Origin: an uncultured virus (IMG/VR IMGVR_UViG_3300033075_001711) | Taxonomy: Duplodnaviria > Heunggongvirae > Uroviricota > Caudoviricetes | Direction: 5' to 3' (one strand) | IMG/VR virus record: IMGVR_UViG_3300033075_001711 | Length of the DNA: 64,000 nt | The notes under the pieces: generated by a model | Databases searched by the model: none | Seen by the model: only the letters and a program-made list of their open reading frames with translations | Told to the model about the DNA's origin: nothing | In this document: piece by piece, positions 9,771 to 17,448 of the stretch | Numbering within the stretch: the stretch's first letter is position 1 | How the letters are laid out: the number at the start of each line of letters is the position of its first letter | Translations under genes and position numbers: made by a program

Positions 9771-9835
9771 TATAGTTACGGATTCTTACCGTCCGCTGGA
9801 CTCAAAACCAGTCCTCTTCATTGAGGTAAACTATA
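9771..9835 (-). ncRNA. miniature/degenerate tRNA-like cloverleaf
   Basis: TATAGTT/AACTATA acceptor, CCTC/GAGG D stem, CTGG/CCAG with 8-nt loop TTTTGAGT, ACGG-TAAGAAT-CCGT. Confidence 0.5.
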
Positions 9836-10212
9836 TAGGATATTTTGTTTTTCAAGAAACAGTTCTATATGATTGGTAAAAATCTTCAGAACTGTCAACC
9901 TACCACAACTTGAGATATTATTTTAGATTTTTTGATTATTATAAAAAGGATAAATTACTGGAATATTTCAACTGGCCTTGGCAAACATGGTTAGTGTTTT
10001 TATTTCCTTAAAGGGAGCTGTGCCAATTGCGTAATTTATCTAGAAAAATAACCACTTTTTCTATTTATCTTTTTATAATAACTTTTGTGACTTTGTGTGT
10101 ATTTGCAGGGCTTAAACCCAGCCACACACTAGAGTTTAGAATGTGTTTAGTCACACTATTGTATGAAAAATTACAATCAAAACTCAGGGTCAGTCACCTG
10201 TCTCCTGTTTTT

Positions 10213-10241
10213 ATTATAACACCTAGTTTCTTGTTTGTCAA
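10213..10241 (-). promoter_or_regulatory. consensus sigma70 promoter (extended -10)
   Basis: TTGACA-N17-TATAAT with TG immediately upstream (TGT TATAAT). Confidence 0.9.
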
Positions 10242-10265
10242 GAGGCTAGGGTTAAAATTTTAAAA

Positions 10266-10395
10266 AACTCAGATTAAATTTTTTAGCGGCTGCTGCTCTC
10301 CCCCTGAGCTATTCTGGAGAGAGTCTCCAGAAGAAAGATTTGAACTTTCGACCCGCAGCTTGGATGCTTATTTTTGCTGAATTTAATCTTTAGTT
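10266..10395 (-). ncRNA. circularly permuted tRNA-like RNA (YrlA/Y-RNA topology)
   Basis: order: GCTGC, variable loop, T arm GAAAG-TTCAAAT-CTTTC, 9-bp acceptor-like stem closed by a 3-nt loop, D arm GCTC-AGGGGGA-GAGC, GCAGC; enclosed by a 10-bp terminal helix followed by CAGCAA. Confidence 0.8.
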
Positions 10396-10399
10396 AAAA

Positions 10400-10481
10400 T
10401 AGGGTAGGAAAGACTTGAACTTTCACGGATTTCTCCAGCAAATTTTGAGTTTGCCCCCTGTACCTGTTCGGGTACTACCCC
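10400..10481 (-). tRNA. tRNA-Leu(CAA)
   Basis: GCAAA-CT CAA AA-TTTGC, long variable arm, GAAAG-TTCAAGT-CTTTC. Confidence 0.92.
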
Positions 10482-10589
10482 AAATAATTCAGAAATAAAC
10501 CTTTTCCACTTCATTGGTTAGCTAGACCTCCATGTTGGAGGTTTATTTCTGAAGTTTTTTTCTGATTCTTTAGTTATAGCAAATATTAA

Positions 10590-11335
10590 TTTTGCAACCA
10601 GATACAAAACTAAATTCCTCACCACTTTCTCATCACATACATTCAGGAAACCTTACTATGTAAAATTCAGCAGGTGACGCTGGGCCTCAATTCATTTATA
10701 CTCAGTAGTGGGCCAGCCTGAGTTAAGTCTAGAGAGACTATTACTATTTCCACTAAGGATTTAGAGTTTAAATCTCTTTTTATAGTAAACTAGACTTGTT
10801 TTACTCTAGGCAAGTGTTTCGCTTGCAATTGTCATAATGACCGCAGGTTAAGAACCACTAGAGTAGATAAGATGTGTTTCATATTTCCAGGTTTGCATTA
10901 GCCCATAATTTTACAACACATCTAATCTCAATTGTTCCCTGTAGAGATTAACCAGATCCCAGATACTTTTGCTTTCGAAATTTCTCTGGTTTGAAATTTA
11001 TATCTAGTTTCTACTTTGATACATTACCTCGTACCAGTTCACTGGCCTTTTACGCGCCCATGTTCCAGTTCCCCGGTCTTTCACGTATCATTTTGTTGCC
11101 AGATACAAATTTCGTTTATGCTAGGAGCTAGGAGCTAGGAGAGAAAAATATTACATTCACGCGAGCAGTCCCTACTCTGACCAGTCATGTCTGTAACATT
11201 CTTCTCACAATAGGTTGTCCTAGTTAGGGAACAACACGCCTATTGTTTTTATCCTATTTGAAAAACACTACCTTGTCTATATGACAATCAGGTTTAGTAC
11301 CTTTTCGTGTTTTTCTGAGCTGAGAGGTTTTTCAC
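10590..11335 (-). ncRNA. candidate large multi-domain ncRNA (~750 nt)
   Basis: ORF-free; about 9 consecutive closing helices; promoter directly upstream at 11348-11376. Confidence 0.55.
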
Positions 11336-11347
11336 TCTCTCTCTATC

Positions 11348-11376
11348 TTTATAACACCTCGGGACTGATTTGTCAA
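11348..11376 (-). promoter_or_regulatory. sigma70-type promoter
   Basis: TTGACA-N17-TATAAA with GGTGT before -10; a second promoter at 11451-11479. Confidence 0.8.
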
Positions 11377-11727
11377 GAGGTGTTAGTAAGAATTTTTTTG
11401 TGGGGTTGTGAGAGGTGAGTTTTTTGTTTCAGTCCCGCCTCTCATTATTATGTATAATATCTAGTTTGAGGTTTGTCAAGTGAGCTGGGCTGGGTTAGAA
11501 AATTTATGTTTTTAATTATCTCTGTAAATTTAGATTTATATAAAATAGTGCAGATACCTAGGATTCACTGCATAGTATATAAATACCCGCAAAAAAGATT
11601 CGGTCGTTCGGGTTTTGTTTGGGAGTTATACAGCCCTGCCTTTATTATGCTAAACACGTCTGTAAAGCTTTTATGGGGGAGCTTCTGTACCAAACTAAAT
11701 TTACAGAGATAATTAGGAACATAAAAT

Positions 11728-12063
11728 TTATGTGTTTGTAATAAAAATCCATTCTCCTGCTATATACATCATATTATATTCAATAGGAGGTTCAGGTGGA
11801 AATGGATTAGGAAATTCGTAATTAGCTGGAAAAATTTCTTTTAGGATAAAACGATATTCATATTTATTAGGAACTTCTTTTGTGGATAACATCGCTGTTA
11901 TTTTATCACAAAGGTTTTGAAATTTCGGAATTTCTGTAAATGATTCGTCACAACTAAAACATAGATGTGTGATGACATCATTTAACATAATTGTTGGAAG
12001 AGATTTAAATCTCATGTTTTTTGTGTGAGTGTGAAGATCACAACCACAATTACATTGGAGCAT
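11728..12063 (-). CDS. MqsA/YgiT-type zinc-finger protein lacking the HTH
   Basis: CxC...LPTIML.DV..HLCFSCDE...EIP....L...I...L..K......EYRFI pattern; AAAGGA RBS. Confidence 0.55.
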   Translation of the reverse strand: MLQCNCGCDLHTHTKNMRFKSLPTIMLNDVITHLCFSCDESFTEIPKFQNLCDKITAMLSTKEVPNKYEYRFILKEIFPANYEFPNPFPPEPPIEYNMMYIAGEWIFITNT

Positions 12064-12279
12064 AGGAAGTTTCCTTTTTATTTTGTTGATATTTAACAAC
12101 ATGTATATTTTCGTGTGTTTCCATATGACAATTTAAACATAATAAATCACATTTATCTACTTCGGAAATTACTTCTTGCCAATTTTTATAACTTGCATTA
12201 GATATAGTAAATTTCTAATTTTTCCATCTATACAAAAATGGTTAGAAAATTTTTCATTACAGTTTAAACAAATTGGCAT
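12049..12279 (-). pseudogene. internally deleted, frameshifted HNH endonuclease
   Basis: frame 1 MPICLNCNEKFSNHFCIDGKIRNL (matches the 8416 N-terminus); frame 2 FTIS...NWQEVISEVDKCDLLCLNCHMETH (HNH C-terminal half). Confidence 0.7.
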
Positions 12280-12342
12280 ATATTAAATAACCTTTCAGTT
12301 ATTATATACACCAACGTAGCTTAATTTTTAGGCTACTCTAGA

Positions 12343-12621
12343 TTAAAGTGGAGATAAATTTTTCCTAATCCAGTGCAAAGTTTTATTTTTTATTTCTCCT
12401 GAACTTAATGTTTTAATATCAGCGGAGTCATTCTCAACATTAAAAACATCGTATTCTATAGAGAGTTTATTTTTATTTACATATTTTCCAGGCTTTATTT
12501 CCACATGTTTTAGTTTTTCATACTCCTCTAAATATTTTTGTTGTGCGGAGGATATTTCATATCCTTTTTCTTTTGCACGCAAAATGGATTGCATCATAAA
12601 ATCTTTAGAAGACATAAACAC
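12343..12621 (-). CDS. hypothetical protein
   Basis: 92-aa ORF with GAGG RBS downstream of tRNA-Ile. Confidence 0.65.
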   Translation of the reverse strand: MFMSSKDFMMQSILRAKEKGYEISSAQQKYLEEYEKLKHVEIKPGKYVNKNKLSIEYDVFNVENDSADIKTLSSGEIKNKTLHWIRKNLSPL

Positions 12622-12635
12622 CTCGAATTATAATA

Positions 12636-12713
12636 TGGGCACACTTGGATTTGAACCAAGGAATGACGCAGTTTATAAGGCTGCCGCCCTAGACCAGACT
12701 AGGCGATGTGCCC
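12636..12713 (-). tRNA. tRNA-Ile(UAU)
   Basis: GGGCACA/TGTGCCC, GCAGC-CT TAT AA-ACTGC, CTTGG-TTCAAAT-CCAAG. Confidence 0.88.
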
Positions 12714-12724
12714 GAAAATTTGAA

Positions 12725-12800
12725 CTGTAGGGGAGGGATTCGAACCCCCGAAAATAGGCGTGTTAACAGCACGCTGCCTTACCAACTTGGCGACCCTACA
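12725..12800 (-). tRNA. tRNA-Asn(GUU)
   Basis: GCGTG-CT GTT AA-CACGC, TTCGAAT T loop; acceptor/T junction appears one nt short. Confidence 0.85.
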
Positions 12801-12823
12801 TTTTTTACTTACCGCACTCTATC

Positions 12824-12852
12824 TTTATAACACCTCAAGACCGGGTTGTCAA
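12824..12852 (-). promoter_or_regulatory. sigma70-type promoter for tRNA-Asn/Ile
   Basis: TTGACA-N17-TATAAA; second promoter TTGACA-N17-TAGATA at 12942-12970. Confidence 0.8.
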
Positions 12853-13206
12853 GAGGTGGTTGAAAGTTTATTTTTAGAGGGAGGAGGGTGAGGTTCTCCA
12901 TAGACTTTTACCATGCGCCCGCACTCTTTTCCCATACTCTTTATCTAACACCTCCGGACTAGATTGTCAAGAGGGTTTGAGGTATTTATTTTACGATACC
13001 TCGTCCTGGGCATCCTGGCCTAGGACATTGAACATATGAGTCTGAATCCGTAACAAAAAAGTTACCAAAACATAATAATAAATTTTGTTGTCCTTCCTTA
13101 CCTTTCTCCGAAGAGAGAGGTTGTTACGAAACGATATTAGAAATCAAGTTACCTTTTTTAAAGAGGTTCACGCCTTAACACTGTCGGCAATTACATCCTC
13201 CAAATA

Positions 13207-13345
13207 AATCTCAAACTGTATTGTTCCCATTTAATTTTAATAGCAAACAGGATAAAGCTATTTAGATTGTTGTCCCGAGAGACAACTCTCTGTTTGATGC
13301 GAGTATTAGTCGCCAGTATTTTTTGCTGAATACAGTTTTTAGATT
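13207..13345 (-). ncRNA. Y-RNA-like stem family member 2
   Basis: TAA-AAACTGTATT-CAGCAA ... AATACAGTTT-GAG. Confidence 0.65.
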
Positions 13346-13412
13346 ATTTAAGAATTGTTAAATTTAATCAGAGTTGAACTGATACAACGAGGTGCCCCCC
13401 GTATGTTTAGCC

Positions 13413-13443
13413 ATTTCAATTCACATTAGAGTAAATCTAATGA
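13413..13443 (-). repeat. solitary CRISPR-repeat-like unit 1
   Basis: TCATTAGA-TTTAC-TCTAATG-TGAATTGAAAT. Confidence 0.55.
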
Positions 13444-13452
13444 TTTTTATAA

Positions 13453-13510
13453 AACTCAGACTAATTTTGGTTGTTATGTAAAACGTGAGTTGCTGAAATT
13501 AGTCTTTAGT
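13453..13510 (-). ncRNA. Y-RNA-like stem family member 3
   Basis: TAA-AGACTAATTT-CAGCAACTCACGTTTT ... AAATTAGTCT-GAG. Confidence 0.65.
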
Positions 13511-13520
13511 GAAAATGAAA

Positions 13521-13602
13521 TTGCGGGTCCTGGAATTGCACCAGGTTTACCAAATGGCAGAAGGTTATGAGCCTTCCCAGCTACTGTTGCTGAATACCCG
13601 CA
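13521..13602 (-). tRNA. tRNA-Met(CAU), atypical (long variable arm)
   Basis: TGCGGGT/ACCCGCA, GAAGG-CT CAT AA-CCTTC, TGCC-ATTT-GGTA variable hairpin, CCTGG-TGCAATT-CCAGG. Confidence 0.8.
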
Positions 13603-13636
13603 CAAAATAAATACCTCAGTTTAATGTTTGCTTTTG

Positions 13637-13670
13637 ATTTCAATTCAACATTAGAATTTTATTCTAATGA
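13637..13670 (-). repeat. solitary CRISPR-repeat-like unit 2
   Basis: TCATTAGAAT-AAA-ATTCTAATG-TTGAATTGAAAT. Confidence 0.55.
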
Positions 13671-13676
13671 AATTAA

Positions 13677-13750
13677 TCTAGCATGAATGATTTGAACATT
13701 CGACCTCTCGGATCCAAACCGAGCGTTCTCCCAGGCTGAACTAATGCTAG
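13677..13750 (-). tRNA. tRNA-Pro(UGG)
   Basis: CTAGCAT/ATGCTAG, CTCGG-TT TGG AT-CCGAG, GAATG-TTCAAAT-CATTC. Confidence 0.92.
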
Positions 13751-13976
13751 GTTTAAAACTATATTTATAGATAACCCAATCCACAATATATCAAACTAAT
13801 GTAAGGTTTTTGGTTTTCAAGATTGTAAAACCTTTTAAACAATCAATCCTTGGCAGTTACCCACCAGTTTGGTTTGCAGGATTTAGTTTTTATATATCAT
13901 GGTTTGGGATACCAATAAATATAGTTTAAGAAGGAGTGAGTAAATTAAACAATTTTTATATAGCATAGAATTTTTA

Positions 13977-14033
13977 TTCTGGCTGATTTTTATTGTTTAT
14001 ATCAAAAACGTGAGTAGCTGGAATCAGCCTTTA
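13977..14033 (-). ncRNA. Y-RNA-like stem family member 4
   Basis: TAA-AGGCTGATTC-CAGCTACTCACGTTTT ... AAATCAGCCA-GAA, nested in a longer helix spanning 13938-14072. Confidence 0.6.
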
Positions 14034-14257
14034 ACAGAAATCTATACTACAAAAGAATTGTTTAATTTACTCTTCTCTTATGTTTACGAAACTTATAGGG
14101 ATATTTGGATCTAACAACTCAAGGGTGCAATCTTACATTGTTAGATCCACTTTTATAACCTAACAGGGCAAGGCTGGAATCTTATACTGTTAGGTTAATT
14201 CCCTAATCCCAAGGAGAGGCAAAAATTTGTGAAGAGCGTTTCTCTCTCACACTCTTG

Positions 14258-14286
14258 TATCTAACACCGAGTTTGTGGTTTGTCAA
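14258..14286 (-). promoter_or_regulatory. sigma70-type promoter
   Basis: TTGACA-N17-TAGATA; another TTGACA-N17-TATATA at 14454-14482. Confidence 0.7.
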
Positions 14287-14346
14287 GGGGGCCTAGGTGT
14301 TAGAGAGAATTTTTTTGTGAGTTAGTTAGGAGCGTATTCGGTTGTC

Positions 14347-14378
14347 ATTTCAATTCTCATTAGAAAATTCTAATGTTA
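14347..14378 (-). repeat. solitary CRISPR-repeat-like unit 3
   Basis: CATTAGAA-TT-TTCTAATG-AGAATTGAAAT. Confidence 0.55.
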
Positions 14379-15115
14379 GAAACAATATTCAGTTGTCAAA
14401 GATGGGCTTGCTTGGTTCGCGCTTTCACGCCTTACCTCGCAACCTCTATTCTCTATATACGCTCACCTGAGCCCGTTGTCAATATGGATTTTATGTTTTT
14501 CTAAATTTTATTTTTCTCATTTTTTAAAACCAGATATCCTAAACTATATCTTTATTAAAATAGTCTCAAATTTGCATGTTTTTCGAGCCTTGAATAACTA
14601 GCATTTTTGCTATGCTTTTTAATAAAATTATATTCTGATATAGGTTAATTTAAAAAACACTATATTTTATTTTTCAATAATTATGTAATAAAATTATTCT
14701 ATAGATTTAAGAAATTAGAAATATAACTAATTTTATTAAATTTATAGTAACTGAACAGAAAATAATAAAGTTCCATATCCACTAGATACCTTCGGGTCGG
14801 TGATAGGGAGAAACTGATTTAATTGCAGCGTGGACTGAGTTCTTTATTGTTAGAAGTTTGGTTATAATAAATAGGGTAAAATGATTTATATTTATGGTTT
14901 TTTGAGTGCTACTCTTAGTAGAGACGCTATTGATCTGTCTATAAAAATCAATGAAATATTTTATATCTTTTTGAGCATTCAGGATATAGGGATTGATCTG
15001 TACAGGGTTGAATATAAACTGGGTTTAAATTTCAGGGGAATATTTTCCAGGCCCAGCCTAATATATTTATTTTATAATTTGTTTTTATATATGATAATTT
15101 TTAAGAAATACCTTT

Positions 15116-15715
15116 ATGAATAAAAACATTTTAGCTCAAAAAATAATATCTTTACATAAACAAGCTTTATTTGGATATAAAGATAATGATGGTGGAGATA
15201 CAGGTTCACAAGTACTACAACATTCAGAATTATTATCTAAAATAAAAAACCTAACTTCTAAAAATCCACAATTTTTTAAAAACTTAAATATTATTTATAA
15301 ACTGTTCCCAACTAAATCTGAGTTATTTGGAGATTTAAAATCTTTAGCTTTTTGGGAAACTAGTGGGAAATTATATAAATTAGATTCTATGTCTAATAAA
15401 GATTTAAAAATAGTAAAAACATTACTTGATAAAATTCAGAAATATATTCTTGATCATAAAGCTGATATTTTAAATCATTTAAAATCAGCACCTGTTATTA
15501 CTCAACTTAATAAATTAAATTCTAGTTTAAAAATGGGCGATCTTTTAAATTATATTGGTATGTTTATGAAATCTGTTCAAGAACCTACCAGCAGCCCCCT
15601 TAATATAGATATAAAAGAGTTGATGTCTAAAGTTAATGTTAAATTAAAATCTCTTTTTACATCTAATCCTAGAAAATTAGTTTCTCTTTTAAATTATATA
15701 GATAAAAATATTTAA
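15116..15715 (+). CDS. hypothetical protein (possibly late/virion)
   Basis: 199-aa ORF followed by a terminator hairpin. Confidence 0.75.
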   Translation: MNKNILAQKIISLHKQALFGYKDNDGGDTGSQVLQHSELLSKIKNLTSKNPQFFKNLNIIYKLFPTKSELFGDLKSLAFWETSGKLYKLDSMSNKDLKIVKTLLDKIQKYILDHKADILNHLKSAPVITQLNKLNSSLKMGDLLNYIGMFMKSVQEPTSSPLNIDIKELMSKVNVKLKSLFTSNPRKLVSLLNYIDKNI

Positions 15716-15741
15716 CAGTTAAATTATTACAACCTAAGTCT

Positions 15742-15770
15742 GGACTAATAAATTTTATTAGTCCCTTTTT
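15742..15770 (+). terminator. intrinsic terminator
   Basis: GGACTAATAAAA/TTTTATTAGTCC inverted repeat followed by a T run. Confidence 0.7.
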
Positions 15771-16498
15771 ATTTAAACCCTAATAGTTTTTTAATAAAAT
15801 GTTTTTATTGAGTATGGCTATAAATTTAGGGGGAGAAACCTCACGGCATAGGACGTTTAGAGTTTATAGAATATTCCGAGAAATGTGTTTATTTAACTTT
15901 TTGTTTTGACTGGTATACCAGCTTATGATGCACGGCGGAAACAAAAACAATTAAATAGATTGATTATTTCAAAAAACATTTAAATATAGAATAACAAAAT
16001 ATATTTTTATTTATTGATAGTGTACACTATAGTTTAATTTTAAATGAAATAAATAAAAGATTTTGATAAAAGGTTGGTGTGAGATTTATAAATCTTTTTT
16101 TAAACCTTAAGCAAATATTGTCTGGCCCCACGCATACCCAGCTTATTGAATCTTTGATATAAAAATTTATTATTAATTGATGTGGAAAGATAAATTAAAA
16201 ACTATAAAGATATAAAAATTATTACCTTTTATAGTTTAACAAAATAAGTTTAGAGTTATTTTAAATTTAAAAAATATAGATTAAAATTTATTAGCCTGAG
16301 TTCTGTACTGTTATTAATAGTTATATTACATGTCTGAAATTTATTCTATTTTCAGATTAATATTAGTGTGTACAATACCTACGAATTTAAATAAATAGAT
16401 TTTATTTAATATTACTCAAGATCTGTACAAAACAATTTATATAATTTAAAATTATATTTGATATTGATCTGTACATATTCTGTTTTCAAAGAACTAAA

Positions 16499-17011
16499 TT
16501 ATTTAAGTTGTTTAGTCTTGTTTTTAGAACTTGACTTTAACATTTTATATTTATTTTGTTTACATATTTTATTCGCGCCTATAAATACTAATCCTAATAA
16601 AACACCTAATATGTTTTTATTTATAGGAGATAATATCTCTTCTATATCTATTCCATTTAATTTCTCTAAACATACATTGTTAGAAAACTTTGTTTGTTTA
16701 TCATTTATTTTTAATTGTACAGAGTCATTATTAGAGACACAAAAATCTCCTGCATTTATATTTATAGAATAGGAAGGTTGTGATAAATCATTTTTAGATA
16801 TATAACTTCCTGTTGTTATTTTAGGTTCAGATTTTTCTTTATAAAAAGAATCTGATGGTCCTGGTACATAAACATATCTAGTATCTATTATATTTTCATC
16901 CCTAGGTATAGGTGTGGGTAATTTAATATCATCATAAGATACACCTATGTTTGTTAACTTTATATCTTTATAGTTTGGATTTAGATCGTTTATTATAGTA
17001 GCTATACTCAT
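16499..17011 (-). CDS. hypothetical protein, YKMLK-tail family
   Basis: C-terminal ILGVLLGLVFIGANK...KYKMLK. Confidence 0.75.
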   Translation of the reverse strand: MSIATIINDLNPNYKDIKLTNIGVSYDDIKLPTPIPRDENIIDTRYVYVPGPSDSFYKEKSEPKITTGSYISKNDLSQPSYSININAGDFCVSNNDSVQLKINDKQTKFSNNVCLEKLNGIDIEEILSPINKNILGVLLGLVFIGANKICKQNKYKMLKSSSKNKTKQLK

Positions 17012-17448
17012 AGGGTTAGTTACAAAGTGAAAAGTAGTTAAGTTGAATTCAGAGTTTATTATATATACTATACAGATCTAATTTAAAGAATAAATATCAA
17101 AACCTGTACATAAAAATAGATCTAATTAAATTAGACCTTAATTTTTAATTTAAAGATTTTCTATATATTTATTACAATTATTGTACTAGGGTTTAAATAT
17201 AGAATTTCTGGTTTTACTTTTTATTATATTTAATATAGTAAAATTCTATTTCCCACACTACACCATTAAATCCTTATATATTTATTACAATTTTAAAGAG
17301 TAGTTTTTAATATTGTTTTGTTGAACTAGGGGATTTTTTAAAAGATTTAAACAGACTATTTATCACGATTTTTACTTCTCCTATTGAGTTGTAGGTTATC
17401 CACAACATAATTAAAAAAACTAATATACTTGTTATTATCATATTTTTC

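Noticed and set aside
10085..10160. Possible tRNA (GGG-TTTAAG-CCC T-arm-like hairpin)
   Set aside because: No coherent D arm, anticodon arm or acceptor stem; only a generic hairpin
11121..11141. CTAGGAG x3 microsatellite (and TAGAGC x3 near 61663)
   Set aside because: Short slippage repeats; the second just encodes LALALAL
13413..14378. CRISPR array
   Set aside because: Only three non-identical units at irregular 220/710-bp spacing with tRNAs in between and no cas genes; kept as solitary repeat-like units
7900..14500. tmRNA, RNase P or SRP RNA
   Set aside because: Their hallmark terminal or core sequences were not found by eye; an Rfam scan is needed to exclude them fully
9188..15123. Plus-strand ORFs 9188-9373, 10027-10263, 11473-11712, 14881-15123
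   Set aside because: No RBS, antisense to RNA genes or promoters, or low-complexity AT-driven translations
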